The notes under the pieces: model-generated
Database searches by the model: none
Seen by the model: the letters and a program-made list of their open reading frames with translations, nothing else
What the model was told of the DNA's origin: nothing
Part shown: in pieces, positions 54,858 through 64,000 of the stretch
How positions within the stretch are numbered: position 1 is the first letter of the stretch
Layout of the letters: the number at the start of each line of letters is the position of its first letter
Assembly: GCA_964479445.1 (NCBI GenBank)
Contig: CAYZMH010000002.1
Span: 43,367-107,366, forward strand
Length of the DNA stretch: 64,000 nucleotides
Origin: an uncultured Bacteroidaceae bacterium
GTDB taxonomy: Bacteria; Bacteroidota; Bacteroidia; Bacteroidales; GCA-2748055
Reading direction: 5' to 3'
Position numbers and translations under genes: made by a program

Positions 54858-55553
54858 TTAATGACCGGGGTGCGTTTTGCGGATCCCGGTTTTTTCTGAA
54901 TATATACTGCATTTTAGAATTTCAGAAGCGCGACTTCCCTCATTAAATAACAGATCAAGGATGCTTAAGTTGGATATAAATCCTATCCGGTCTTCAAATA
55001 CCTGTTGATATTTTACAGGATGAAAATCAGGATAGATTTCTCCGGGTTTTTTTTTGGGATGAATCCCCTCACGCGGATCATCTGAGTGCTCAACAGGAGT
55101 GAAGTGGGAACTGATAACCAGTTCTTTGCGTATTTGAAGAAGATCCAGTGTGATTTGTAATGCTTCCATGTTTAGATCCAGTAAAAACTTATACCTGCTT
55201 GTGTAGAGTGGTAGGAACTCGTCTTGTATGAATTCGAAATAGGGGGCTGCCCGATAGGAGTCTCGAATTCCGCGCCAGTGTTCTTTTTGCCATGGTTTAT
55301 CATAATCAATTTGTGCGTCTTTCATTGACAATTTTCGACCATGAAACTTTTTCACGGGAATCGATAGATTGATAATTCCATTTGCACCCGCAATCCTGCA
55401 CCGGTTTCGGTATGTTTGTTTCATGTAATGATCATGCTGCTCTATTATAATACTCTTTTTATTGATAATCATTGCATAAAAGAGTATTGGCCCATGATAT
55501 AAACAAGGATATATTGGTGTGTCCATATCCTGCAAAAATAAGGGTAATTCCAA
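54858..55553 (-). CDS. WbqC family protein
   Basis: The segment IEQHDHYMKQTYRNRCRIAGANG...LSIPV is the WbqC signature region as I recall it. The start could instead be the Met at 55526. Confidence 0.7.
   Translation of the reverse strand: MELPLFLQDMDTPIYPCLYHGPILFYAMIINKKSIIIEQHDHYMKQTYRNRCRIAGANGIINLSIPVKKFHGRKLSMKDAQIDYDKPWQKEHWRGIRDSYRAAPYFEFIQDEFLPLYTSRYKFLLDLNMEALQITLDLLQIRKELVISSHFTPVEHSDDPREGIHPKKKPGEIYPDFHPVKYQQVFEDRIGFISNLSILDLLFNEGSRASEILKCSIYSEKTGIRKTHPGH
54864..54895 (+). terminator. rho-independent terminator after the beta-barrel gene
   Basis: Stem accgggg/tcccggt (54864-54870 with 54884-54890), followed by TTTTT. It lies inside the last codons of the convergent WbqC-family ORF. 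Confidence 0.6.
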
Positions 55554-55643
55554 TGAGATCTCTGCAACTAATACATTAGAATTGGTCTAAATAAATATTG
55601 TGTTCGTCGTTGGAAATCATCATGCTTGTTGATTGGTTTGAAG

Positions 55644-55651
55644 TATCTTTG
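55644..55651 (+). promoter_or_regulatory. candidate -7 promoter box TATCTTTG for the DUF362/polyferredoxin pair
   Basis: Exact TAnnTTTG match ending 25 nt upstream of the ATG at 55677. It ends 1 nt before the track's upstream ATG (55653), which argues against that start. Confidence 0.45.
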
Positions 55652-55676
55652 AATGGAATTGAAAATGGTGAGAGAT

Positions 55677-56594
55677 ATGAAAAGAAGAACATTTATTAGA
55701 AGCAGTATAGGAGCCGGGCTACTGGCGGGTTCCGGATTAGCTATGGCACCCATTGCTAAAGGGATGGCAGCCCCCTCTGCACAGAACAATCCTGATTTGG
55801 TGGCAATCCTGGGAGGAGAGCCGGATACGATGTTTGACAGGGCAATTCAAGAGTTTGGAGGTATGGGATCCTTTGTAAAAAAGGGTCAGAAAGTTGTGGT
55901 GAAACCCAATATTGGATGGGATGCAACTCCGGAACGGGCGGCAGATACAAATCCATTGCTTGTGAAAAGGATCATCGAACACTGCTTTAGCGCAGGAGCA
56001 AGCAAGGTTATGGTTTTTGATCATACATGTAACGAATGGACCGCCTGCTATAAGAACAGCGGTATCGAAGGAGCCGTTAAAGAAACCAAAGGCCAAATCG
56101 TTCCGGGAAACAGTGAACGCTATTACCAGGAAGTGAGTATCCCATCAGGAAAATCACTCAAAAAGGCAAAGGTTCATGAACTCATACTCGACTCGGATGT
56201 GTTTATTAATGTACCAGTTTTGAAAAACCACGGTGGGGCAAAAATGACCATCAGCATGAAAAATCTGATGGGGATCGTCTGGGATCGCAGGTACTGGCAT
56301 CAGAACGATTTGCACCAGTGTATTGCTGATTTTGCTGCTTATCGTCAACCCGATTTGAATATAGTGGATGCTTACCGGGTAATGAAGCAGAATGGCCCCA
56401 GGGGTACATCGGTGAATGATGTGACGACTATGAAGGCTCAGTTGATCTCAACCGATATGGTAGCTGTTGATACAGCCGCTACTAAACTATTCGGGATGGA
56501 CCCTGATAAAGTGACCCACCTGGGGCTTGCAGAAAAAGCAGGTGTAGGGACTATGAACCTGGATAGCCTTAACATATCAAGGCTGAAGGTTTAA
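55677..56594 (+). CDS. DUF362 domain protein with a twin-arginine (Tat) signal peptide
   Basis: MKRRTFIRSSIGAGLLAGSGLAMAP has the RR-x-F-I Tat motif. The body (VVVKPN.GW......A.TNP..V....E......GA..V.V.D) resembles DUF362. Confidence 0.7.
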   Translation: MKRRTFIRSSIGAGLLAGSGLAMAPIAKGMAAPSAQNNPDLVAILGGEPDTMFDRAIQEFGGMGSFVKKGQKVVVKPNIGWDATPERAADTNPLLVKRIIEHCFSAGASKVMVFDHTCNEWTACYKNSGIEGAVKETKGQIVPGNSERYYQEVSIPSGKSLKKAKVHELILDSDVFINVPVLKNHGGAKMTISMKNLMGIVWDRRYWHQNDLHQCIADFAAYRQPDLNIVDAYRVMKQNGPRGTSVNDVTTMKAQLISTDMVAVDTAATKLFGMDPDKVTHLGLAEKAGVGTMNLDSLNISRLKV

Positions 56595-56607
56595 TCTACC
56601 AAATACT

Positions 56608-58185
56608 ATGAATTATAAGGTACTGAAATATGCCAGGGTTGCCCTGGCCGTCCTCTTTATTGTTTTGATTTCTGTATCATTCCTTGATTTCAGGGATTGG
56701 ATGCCTACCCGGATGGTGAATTCAACACTATACCTTCAATTCATCCCCTCTTTGCTGAATTTTTTTAAAGTGATCAGCATCTCTGTAATTGGCTTTGCAG
56801 TAGTGATCCTGCTAACAGCACTTTTCGGCCGGGTATACTGCAGCGCTATTTGTCCCCTGGGTATTTTTCAGGATGTTGTGGCCCGGATATCACGCCTCTT
56901 TAAGAAGCGAAAAAAATACAGGAAACAGAAGCCCTATCCATGGCTTCGATACTCTATACTGGCCGGAGTGATACTTCTTTTTTTTATATCCGGACCACTT
57001 ATTTTAAGTCTGACCGATCCTTATAGCATCTATGGCAAGTTCATGGTAGCGCTTTTCAAGCCCGCACTTCTGTTTGTTAATAATGGGTTGGCCTCAGTGG
57101 CAGCCAGTATGAATGTATACAGCATCTACAATGTGGATCCTGTTTACTTCCCATGGCAGGCAATGGTGGTGGCAAGCCTGCTGTTCTTATTGATCGTGAT
57201 TATGTCAGGTAAGTGGGCACGCCTTTATTGTAATACGATCTGCCCCGTGGGAACCCTGCTTGGCCTGATATCTTCAAAAGGGTTGTTCCGCATACATATT
57301 GACAATGAAAGCTGCACTCTCTGTGGCAAATGCCAGGTGAGCTGTAAAGCAGGCTGTATCGATTTGAAAAACAAAGCTGTAGATAATTCCCGGTGCGTGA
57401 GCTGTTACAACTGCCTCACCGTTTGCCAGGATGATGCCATTCATTACAGGACGAAGAAAGCAACCCTTCCGGTCGCTGAAAATAAAAATGAAGTGGATAC
57501 CTCGAACAAGAGAGACTTCCTCCGTTTTCTGGTTGCAGGCATGGTGGGCCTTTGGGGTATCCGCCGGACAAAAGCCCGTTCTCCGCAGGATCCTATTAAT
57601 AAAAATCCGACAACCGTACCGATCGATAGAAAATATACGGTCATACCCCCGGGATCCATGGGCCTGGATCACTTTAAAAATGCCTGTACCGCCTGTCAGC
57701 TTTGTGTAAATCAATGCCCTACAGGTGTTTTGCAGCCCTCTGTCACCGAACTTGGCATCGAGGGTTTCATGCAACCCTTTATGAACTATAACCAGAATTA
57801 CTGTGAGTTTGAGTGCCACCATTGTACCAATATCTGTCCGACAGGAGCTATTCTTCCATTGAAACTCGAAGAAAAAAAGACCACCCAGATCGGTAAAGTC
57901 ACCTTTATCAAGGAGAATTGTGTCGTATACACGGAAAATACCGCATGCGGATCTTGCTCAGAACACTGCCCCACGCAGGCAGTCAGAATGGTTCCCTATA
58001 TCGGGGATCTGACAATCCCTGAAACCGATAACAGCATCTGTATTGGATGTGGAGCCTGCGAGTACGCGTGCCCGGTCATTCCTTTCAAAGCCATTTACGT
58101 GGACGGAAATCCTATCCATGAATTAGCACAGAAACCAGAATCTAAAAAGGTCGAAGAGGATGAAATTGAGGAGTTTCCGTTCTAA
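56608..58185 (+). CDS. membrane-bound polyferredoxin (NapH/MauN-like transmembrane domain plus multiple 4Fe-4S ferredoxin motifs)
   Basis: The N-terminal half has transmembrane helices and two CxxxCP(L/V)G motifs (CSAICPLG, CNTICPVG). The C-terminal half has six CxxCxxC(xxxC)-type motifs (CTLCGKCQVSC, CVSCYNCLTVC, CTACQLCVNQCP, CHHCTNICP, CGSCSEHCP, CIGCGACEYACP). Confidence 0.8.
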   Translation: MNYKVLKYARVALAVLFIVLISVSFLDFRDWMPTRMVNSTLYLQFIPSLLNFFKVISISVIGFAVVILLTALFGRVYCSAICPLGIFQDVVARISRLFKKRKKYRKQKPYPWLRYSILAGVILLFFISGPLILSLTDPYSIYGKFMVALFKPALLFVNNGLASVAASMNVYSIYNVDPVYFPWQAMVVASLLFLLIVIMSGKWARLYCNTICPVGTLLGLISSKGLFRIHIDNESCTLCGKCQVSCKAGCIDLKNKAVDNSRCVSCYNCLTVCQDDAIHYRTKKATLPVAENKNEVDTSNKRDFLRFLVAGMVGLWGIRRTKARSPQDPINKNPTTVPIDRKYTVIPPGSMGLDHFKNACTACQLCVNQCPTGVLQPSVTELGIEGFMQPFMNYNQNYCEFECHHCTNICPTGAILPLKLEEKKTTQIGKVTFIKENCVVYTENTACGSCSEHCPTQAVRMVPYIGDLTIPETDNSICIGCGACEYACPVIPFKAIYVDGNPIHELAQKPESKKVEEDEIEEFPF

Positions 58186-58190
58186 TCAAA

Positions 58191-59600
58191 TCAGTGGTCG
58201 CTCCTGACTATCTTGAAGAGCCGGTTCCAGCGGATACCTCCATATTCCTTGTCAAGACTTAACCAGATAAGACGGGGTTTTCCGATTATGTGATCCTCGG
58301 GTACAAATCCCCAGAATCTTGAGTCCGCCGAACTGTGCCGGTTATCACCCATCATGAAGTAATAATCCATGGCAAAGGTATAACTCTCGACAGGCTCATC
58401 GTCAATGAAAATTTTTCCCTCTTGCACCTGTAAACTATGTTTCTCATAAGCCTCAATGATCCTGCGGTATAGCGGAAGATTATCCAGGGTCAATGAGACG
58501 GTTACCCCTTTACCGGGCACCTCAAGAGGCCCGAAATACTCCAGGTTCCAGGGATAACGGCTGTCATGCGGAAAAATATCCCGGTCAAACTCACCCTCCT
58601 CAAACATTACAACCGGCCTTACCTGGATCACACCGGGAATTTCGGTTACCTGCCTGGCCTGATCGGAAGTAAGGGCAAACGTGTAATTCGGATTGTTGCG
58701 AATATCCGCCGACTCCCTGCTTACACCAAATTCTTTCAGCTTCCTGGGATTGATAGGGGTGCCATTGGTTTTGACCCGGTGAAAACGCTGTATCCCTTCA
58801 AATTCAGGCTGGGGCTCCCCGTTGACAATTACCTGGTTTTCTACGACCTTCACTATATCCCCGGGAATCGCTATACATCGCTTAATGTAATTATCCCGTC
58901 GATCAACCGGCCGCGTTTCAATGTCATAGATCTTGTGAATCTGCTTTCGTGCATATTGTTTGTATACACGGAACGGCAATTGCCGGTCATTCTGAGCTTT
59001 GTCCATCTGCATTAAAGCAGCCGCTTCGTCTCTTACCAAATCATAGTAATCGAAATTTCCCCTGGCATACTGACTTGGATCCGACTTCTCGAGGGCGACC
59101 GTATCGGATGCAGGAAAATTGAACACCACAATGTCGTTTCTCTTAACTTCACCAAAACCTTTCAACCGCTTGTAGGGTAGTTTGATCCACTCCAGGTAGG
59201 ACTGTTGACCCAGGACGGTATTGGGCAAAAACGGAATGGCCAGGGGAGTATTCGGAGTGCGGGGCCCATAAGCTGTTTTACTGACATAAAGATGATCCCC
59301 AACCAGTAGTGAATTCTCCATGGAAGGAGTGGGGATTTTGTAATTCTGAAACAGGAATATATTAATTAATGAAACGGCTATAATGGCGAAGATCAGGGCA
59401 TCAAGCCATTCAACCACCACACTGTTCTTCTTGTTCCGCTTTTTCCAGAACGTCCAGTTGACCTTCTTGGTTACATAAATGTCAAAAATGATCGGTAATC
59501 CTAAAAAAAACCAGTAGTTTTTTAACCAGATTACAAAAAGAATATAGAGAACCGCAGCTAAACCGAATTGGACATATCTGCTCTTGAAAAACTTTTTCAT
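58191..59600 (-). CDS. lepB: signal peptidase I (paralog 2 of a tandem pair)
   Basis: Catalytic Ser box [10 protein letters not shown], Lys box [11 protein letters not shown], and [18 protein letters not shown]. Confidence 0.9.
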   Translation of the reverse strand: MKKFFKSRYVQFGLAAVLYILFVIWLKNYWFFLGLPIIFDIYVTKKVNWTFWKKRNKKNSVVVEWLDALIFAIIAVSLINIFLFQNYKIPTPSMENSLLVGDHLYVSKTAYGPRTPNTPLAIPFLPNTVLGQQSYLEWIKLPYKRLKGFGEVKRNDIVVFNFPASDTVALEKSDPSQYARGNFDYYDLVRDEAAALMQMDKAQNDRQLPFRVYKQYARKQIHKIYDIETRPVDRRDNYIKRCIAIPGDIVKVVENQVIVNGEPQPEFEGIQRFHRVKTNGTPINPRKLKEFGVSRESADIRNNPNYTFALTSDQARQVTEIPGVIQVRPVVMFEEGEFDRDIFPHDSRYPWNLEYFGPLEVPGKGVTVSLTLDNLPLYRRIIEAYEKHSLQVQEGKIFIDDEPVESYTFAMDYYFMMGDNRHSSADSRFWGFVPEDHIIGKPRLIWLSLDKEYGGIRWNRLFKIVRSDH

Positions 59601-59609
59601 GGTGTGCTT

Positions 59610-60932
59610 TTATTTTACTGCTTTAAAGATACGCTCTTTTCTTAATCCTCCAATGATCGATTCTTCAGGATCCACCGAAAACCATATCAGCACCGCTTTC
59701 CCCAGTAAATGATCTTCAGGAACAAAACCCCAGTAACGGGAATCAGCGGAGTTGTGACGATTGTCCCCCATAACAAAATAATAATCCATCGTAAATCGGT
59801 ACGATGAAGCAGGCTCTCCGTTGATAGTGATCATACCATTGTTATGCGCCAGCGTCTTTCCTTCGTATACTTCTATGACCCGCTTGTAAAAGGGTAGGGT
59901 TGTGCTGTCTAATGGGACCGTGATTCCCCTGCCGGGAACGAAGACCGGTCCGAACTGGTCGGCCGTAAAACGGTATTGATCCGAGTGGGGAAAGATCTCC
60001 GGATTTTGAAAAGATAATAATGGCTCAACAAATCGCTTGATACCCCTTACCTGGGGGTGATCATGCAGCCGGGCTGCCTCCCGGAGCGTTAAATAGATTA
60101 CGTGCAGGGAGTTGGCCGGATTATACGTTACCTCGTTCTCATCAGCTCCGAGTGAATCCAGGAAACCATGTGAGAATGGTTCCCCGGTTGTGGTTATGTA
60201 ATGCTTGAACTTGTAACTGCTCCGGTGCTGTAGCAATACACCATTGATGTAAACCAAACCGTCCAAAATAATCAGGGTGTCACCCGGAAGGGCAACACAT
60301 CGCTTAACATAATTTTCCCGCTTATCGACGGGATGAGCCATTAGATCAAAGTTCTCCTTGATATATGAGGCGCCGTACTTCCTGACCATGGAGTAATAGT
60401 TCTGACCGGGATACTGAAGCATCATCGTGTCTCCCTCCGGAAAACTGAACACGATTACATCATTCCGCTTTACCCGTGATAATCCCTTCAATCGTTTATA
60501 AGGTAAAGTGAGACGTTCTGAATAGGTTTTCCTGCCGGAAGATAAATACTCGGGCAATAAGGGAATGGATAACGGGGTGTTGGGCAGCCTGGGACCGTAT
60601 GCCAGTTTGCTAACAAAGATGAAATCTCCGGCAAGTAATGTCTCCTCCATAGATGGTGTGGGTATCTTGTAAGCCTCTATGAAAAGGATCTTAATACAAA
60701 CCGAAATCAACACAGCCAGCAACAGGATGGTAACCCATTCCAGGCTTTTTTTAATGAACCGGGGCAGGCTGTATTTCCTCAATGACCAGTCAATTACCCC
60801 CGTGATAAATATATCCAGTAAAACCAGGTTACCCAGTAAAAACCAGTAGACCTCTGTCCAGATAACCAGCAGCGACCATACCGCTGCAGTGATCATAAAC
60901 CAGGTTATGCCGGACCAGCGAAACTTCATCAC
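59610..60932 (-). CDS. lepB: signal peptidase I (paralog 1 of a tandem pair)
   Basis: Catalytic Ser box IPTPSMEETL, Lys box YVKRCVALPGD, and GDNRHNSADSRYWGFVPE. Its start directly abuts the dapB stop. Confidence 0.9.
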   Translation of the reverse strand: MMKFRWSGITWFMITAAVWSLLVIWTEVYWFLLGNLVLLDIFITGVIDWSLRKYSLPRFIKKSLEWVTILLLAVLISVCIKILFIEAYKIPTPSMEETLLAGDFIFVSKLAYGPRLPNTPLSIPLLPEYLSSGRKTYSERLTLPYKRLKGLSRVKRNDVIVFSFPEGDTMMLQYPGQNYYSMVRKYGASYIKENFDLMAHPVDKRENYVKRCVALPGDTLIILDGLVYINGVLLQHRSSYKFKHYITTTGEPFSHGFLDSLGADENEVTYNPANSLHVIYLTLREAARLHDHPQVRGIKRFVEPLLSFQNPEIFPHSDQYRFTADQFGPVFVPGRGITVPLDSTTLPFYKRVIEVYEGKTLAHNNGMITINGEPASSYRFTMDYYFVMGDNRHNSADSRYWGFVPEDHLLGKAVLIWFSVDPEESIIGGLRKERIFKAVK

Positions 60933-61643
60933 TTACACATTTAGTAAATCCTGCATGGTGAAAATTCCTTCCTTTCCTTGTATGAATTCCGAGGCCATAA
61001 CCGCCCCGGCAGCAAATCCTTTCCTGCTCTTGGCCTCGTGACTGATCCTGATCTTGTCAAGAGGAGAATCATAGGTTACCTGGTGATAACCTGTCACTTC
61101 CCCCTCACGTTGTGCTTCAATATGTATGTGCTTATCCTTTTCATCCTGGCTCCAGCAGGTTTTTCGCTCCAGTTGTTCGGTAATCTGCTCGGCCAGCGAA
61201 ATAGCCGTTCCGCTTGGAGCATCTTTTTTGTGAATGTGATGAACCTCCTTCATTTGCACATCATACTGCGGGAATTGATTCATCAGTTCGGCCAGCTTCC
61301 GGTTAATAGCAAATAGAATGTTGACACCGATGCTGAAATTGGAGGCGTAAAAAAGTGTTCCCTTTTTTTTCCGGCAGGCTTTTATAACCTCATCCCAGTG
61401 CTCCAGCCATCCCGTGGTGCCTGAAACTACCGGGATACCTTTGTCGAAACAGTGAAGGATGTTGCTGCGTGCAGATTCCGGGGTGGTGAATTCAATTGCT
61501 GCGTCTGTCTCCTCCATAGCAGGGTGAGACCAACCATTTGGATTATCAATATCAATAACCTGGGATATTTCATGCCCCCTCTCCCGGGCTATTGCTTCAA
61601 TGGCTTTTCCCATTCTGCCATAACCAATCAATGCGATTTTCAT
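60933..61643 (-). CDS. dapB: 4-hydroxy-tetrahydrodipicolinate reductase
   Basis: NAD(P)-binding MKIALIGYGRMG and the catalytic region E.HH..K.DAPSGTA. Confidence 0.9.
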   Translation of the reverse strand: MKIALIGYGRMGKAIEAIARERGHEISQVIDIDNPNGWSHPAMEETDAAIEFTTPESARSNILHCFDKGIPVVSGTTGWLEHWDEVIKACRKKKGTLFYASNFSIGVNILFAINRKLAELMNQFPQYDVQMKEVHHIHKKDAPSGTAISLAEQITEQLERKTCWSQDEKDKHIHIEAQREGEVTGYHQVTYDSPLDKIRISHEAKSRKGFAAGAVMASEFIQGKEGIFTMQDLLNV

Positions 61644-61757
61644 GCGTCTTATGTTTTTAATTATCAGATTGTGCTGCTATTAATAAATCGCGAAAAGATG
61701 TAATACTGTACTCCGGTCATAACACACCCCCTCCTGATTTTGAAAACCTCTCCACCG

Positions 61758-61765
61758 CAAAAATA
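61758..61765 (-). promoter_or_regulatory. candidate -7 promoter box (TATTTTTG on the minus strand) for dapB-lepB-lepB
   Basis: Exact TAnnTTTG match just downstream of the rplT terminator. The 115-nt distance to the dapB ATG is longer than for the other boxes here. Confidence 0.3.
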
Positions 61766-61788
61766 AAAGATTGTCGGCAAACAGAAAT

Positions 61789-61815
61789 AAAAAAGGCCGC
61801 CGGGTTTCGACAGCC
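61789..61815 (-). terminator. rho-independent terminator after rplT
   Basis: The minus-strand RNA ggcugucg-aaacc-cggcggcc forms an 8-bp stem (two G-U pairs) followed by U6. It lies 27 nt after the rplT stop. Confidence 0.55.
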
Positions 61816-61842
61816 TTATGTGACAATATACATTATTAAGAA

Positions 61843-62187
61843 TTATTGCACCTTCTTGACAACGGCTTCAAAAGCCTTCGGATCATTCATTGCAAGATCG
61901 GCTAATACCTTGCGGTTGATCTCTATGTTGTTTTTCTTCAACTTACCCATGAATTCAGAATAGGACATCCCATGAGGCCTAACCGCTGCATTGATTCGTT
62001 GGATCCAGAGAGCCCGGAATTCCGCTTTCTTCTTTCTACGGTCCCTGTAAGAATAACTTAACCCCTTCTCATACGCATTTTTGGCTACCGTCCAGACATT
62101 TTTCCTTCTTCCGAAATATCCTTTGGTATGTTTGTAAACCTTTTTGCGTTTTTGTTTGGACGCTACCGCGTTAACTGATCTTGGCAT
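61843..62187 (-). CDS. rplT: 50S ribosomal protein L20
   Basis: MPRSVN.V....RRKK......KGY.G.R sequence. 114 aa. Confidence 0.95.
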   Translation of the reverse strand: MPRSVNAVASKQKRKKVYKHTKGYFGRRKNVWTVAKNAYEKGLSYSYRDRRKKKAEFRALWIQRINAAVRPHGMSYSEFMGKLKKNNIEINRKVLADLAMNDPKAFEAVVKKVQ

Positions 62188-62278
62188 TTTATTTTCATGT
62201 TTTTGGATGTAAGCGCTTCATGGAAGTCTTTAATGCATTACAACCTGGTGAATACTATGATTACCGTCTCTTTTATGC

Positions 62279-62476
62279 TTACTTCATAGCAAGCAAACGC
62301 TTAATATTAGACTTATCCGCTTTGTGTACTTCACCAAAGTAAGTGAGGTTCCTTTTCCGCTTCTTTTCCTTTTTGGTCAATATATGACTCTTGTAAGCGT
62401 GCTTTCTTTTGATCTTTCCTGTTCCGGTGAGGGTAAACCTTTTCTTTGCTCCCGGATTTGTCTTCATTTTAGGCAT
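62279..62476 (-). CDS. rpmI: 50S ribosomal protein L35
   Basis: MPKMKT...[22 protein letters not shown] sequence. 65 aa. Confidence 0.95.
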   Translation of the reverse strand: MPKMKTNPGAKKRFTLTGTGKIKRKHAYKSHILTKKEKKRKRNLTYFGEVHKADKSNIKRLLAMK

Positions 62477-62501
62477 TATTCCAAGTTTATCCTGTTATGT
62501 G

Positions 62502-63077
62502 TTACTTTTTAGATTTCGTTTTCGGAGAGAGGAACATCGTCATTCGCTTGCCTTCCAGCTTGGGGAGCTGTTCAACTTTTGCCAGCTCCTCCAGGTCCTG
62601 TGCCAGCCTGAGCAACAGTATTTCCCCCTTCTCTTTAAACAAAATGGTGCGCCCTTTAAAGAAAACAAAGGCCTTAACTTTTGCCCCGTCTTCCAGAAAC
62701 TTCTGGGCATGCTTTAACTTAAAATCATAATCATGATCATCCGTATTGGGCCCAAACCGTATCTCTTTCACAACGACCTTGCTGGTCTTGGCTTTTATCT
62801 CTTTTTGTTTCTTTTTCTGTTGGTAAAGAAACTTCTGATAATCAATAATCTTACAAACCGGTGGATCTGCCTTTGGGGAGATCTCTACCAGGTCCAGATC
62901 CATCTCATCCGCCATTTTCAGGGCTTCCGCCAGCGAATAAATGCCCTGGTTTTCAACATTTTCACCAACAACGCGTACAGTGTTGGCCCGTATTCTTTCG
63001 TTAATCCTGTGAGGGAACCTTTGTTCCTTGCGGGGAACATATCCTCCTCTTCTGTAATTTTGTTTGCGTCTTATAAT
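62502..63077 (-). CDS. infC: translation initiation factor IF-3, non-canonical ATT start
   Basis: The track ORF (from ATG 62915) starts mid-protein. The frame is open up to a TAG at 63087-63089 and encodes ...[41 protein letters not shown]..., the conserved IF-3 N-domain. The only near-cognate starts are ATT (63077) and ATA (63074). ATT is preceded by AGGAGG with a 5-nt spacer. Confidence 0.8.
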   Translation of the reverse strand: MIRRKQNYRRGGYVPRKEQRFPHRINERIRANTVRVVGENVENQGIYSLAEALKMADEMDLDLVEISPKADPPVCKIIDYQKFLYQQKKKQKEIKAKTSKVVVKEIRFGPNTDDHDYDFKLKHAQKFLEDGAKVKAFVFFKGRTILFKEKGEILLLRLAQDLEELAKVEQLPKLEGKRMTMFLSPKTKSKK

Positions 63078-63090
63078 TAGATCCTCCTAT

Positions 63091-64000
63091 TTAGTGTATA
63101 TCAGAATCTATCGAAGAGAGTTGCCGCTCGACTTCCTGGTTGATCAATCTGGCAAACTCTGACCACTTCATAACCCCTTTATCTCCTTCACCCTGCCTTC
63201 TGACTGAAACGGTGTCGCTTTCCTGTTCCTTTTCTCCAACAATAAGAAGGTATGGAATCCGCTTTAACTCGTTATCCCTTATCTTCTTACCGATTTTTTC
63301 ATTCCTCCCGTCAATCAGGGTGCGAATATCGTAATTATTTAGGAATTTTGAAACTTTTTCTGCATAATCCTGGAACTTTTCGCTGATAGGCAGAACAACA
63401 GCCTGGTCGGGAGTAAGCCAGAGCGGAAATTTACCACCTGTATGTTCAATAAGCACCGCAACAAAACGCTCCATACTTCCAAAAGGTGCCCGGTGGATCA
63501 TGATGGGCCTGTGCTTCTGATTGTCATCCCCGATATACTCCAGGTCAAACCGCTCGGGTAAATTGTAGTCTACCTGGATGGTACCCAGTTGCCACTGCCT
63601 TCCAAGTGCATCCTTTACCATAAAATCAAGCTTGGGCCCGTAGAAAGCAGCTTCATCATATTCGATGATCGTATTGAGTCCCTTCTCTTCACATGCTTCA
63701 ATAATGGCTTGCTCGGCTTTTTCCCAGTTCTCCTCGCTTCCGATATATTTGCTGTGGTCCTCCTTGTCCCGAAGTGAGATCTGGGACACAAAGTTATTGA
63801 AATCCAGCGCTTTGAAAATATAAAGTATGATATCGATCACCTTTTTAAACTCATCTTTCAACTGGTCCGGCCGGCAAAAGATATGGGCATCATCCTGGGT
63901 AAACCCCCTGACTCTTGTTAAACCATGTAACTCTCCGCTCTGCTCATAACGGTATACCGTTCCAAATTCGGCATACCGGACAGGTAACTCTTTATAAGAG
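63091..64000 (-). CDS. thrS: threonine--tRNA ligase, 5' part outside the window
   Basis: The frame is open to the window edge. It encodes class II motif 2 ([35 protein letters not shown]), the catalytic core and the C-terminal anticodon-binding domain. The track 'start' at 63861 is an internal TTG. Confidence 0.95.
   Translation of the reverse strand, partial: SYKELPVRYAEFGTVYRYEQSGELHGLTRVRGFTQDDAHIFCRPDQLKDEFKKVIDIILYIFKALDFNNFVSQISLRDKEDHSKYIGSEENWEKAEQAIIEACEEKGLNTIIEYDEAAFYGPKLDFMVKDALGRQWQLGTIQVDYNLPERFDLEYIGDDNQKHRPIMIHRAPFGSMERFVAVLIEHTGGKFPLWLTPDQAVVLPISEKFQDYAEKVSKFLNNYDIRTLIDGRNEKIGKKIRDNELKRIPYLLIVGEKEQESDTVSVRRQGEGDKGVMKWSEFARLINQEVERQLSSIDSDIH

Noticed and set aside
55600-64000. 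Apparent modestly higher G+C in the last roughly 8-12 kb than in much of the earlier window, judged by eye on sampled lines only.
   Set aside because: The genes there (lepB, dapB, rplT, rpmI, infC, thrS) are core and in conserved order. Similarly G+C-richer stretches occur earlier (ppdK, the TPR gene). Without a computed sliding-window GC or codon analysis, I cannot support a horizontal-transfer or chimerism claim.
1-64000. A search by eye for CRISPR arrays, rRNA or tRNA genes, IS elements or transposases, toxin-antitoxin pairs and known defence-system genes.
   Set aside because: I found no regularly spaced direct repeats, no cloverleaf-like intergenic sequences, and no transposase-, integrase-cassette-, nuclease- or helicase-type defence ORFs. 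All intergenic gaps are 375 bp or shorter. tRNAscan, Infernal and a defence-system HMM scan would be the definitive checks.

Overview
This 64-kb chromosomal segment looks like a Bacteroidota genome. Evidence: a T9SS type-B sorting-domain cargo protein, TAnnTTTG -7 promoter boxes, A-rich rather than Shine-Dalgarno start contexts, an archaeal-type ProRS ending in Tyr, and dapB-lepB-lepB and thrS-infC-rpmI-rplT synteny. I call about 56 densely packed protein genes, mostly core functions: serC-serA-DUF1015-yggS-pyrD-like; pyk, ppdK and pckA (the PEP/pyruvate node); plsY; folP-cdaA; tmk; tpiA-prmA; rsmE; an ECF sigma factor; uvrA; nth; a six-gene pheA-DAHPS/CM-aroB-aroD-aroC-tyrA operon; tilS; proS; dapB-lepB-lepB; and rplT-rpmI-infC-thrS. 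By eye I found no rRNA, tRNA, CRISPR array, transposase or prophage. No canonical defence or mobile island is present, so the novelty candidates are regulatory and cell-envelope features. Observations worth a second look: (1) a 23-codon Tyr/Phe-rich leader ORF (MSNYGYTYYFYYFFFGSGEKPGC) with mutually exclusive antiterminator and terminator hairpins directly before pheA, which has the layout of a ribosome-mediated attenuator; (2) a 580-aa lipoprotein of extreme low complexity (acidic Q/A/E module, Tyr/Trp-rich module, Ser/Arg tail with 33-bp tandem repeats), followed by a strong hairpin and a FadL-like beta-barrel gene; (3) a Tat-signal DUF362 protein paired with a membrane polyferredoxin carrying about 8 Cys clusters, between lepB and a WbqC-family gene; (4) infC starting at ATT behind a perfect AGGAGG, which the ATG/GTG/TTG ORF track misses; (5) an uncharacterised 1,497-aa secreted protein; (6) a tightly coupled 4-gene operon around the T9SS cargo protein; (7) a 7TM-DISM/PP2C receptor divergent from an FG-GAP lipoprotein, with a perfect palindrome between them. 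All calls rest on reading the translations and the DNA by eye. No database search or folding computation was run.
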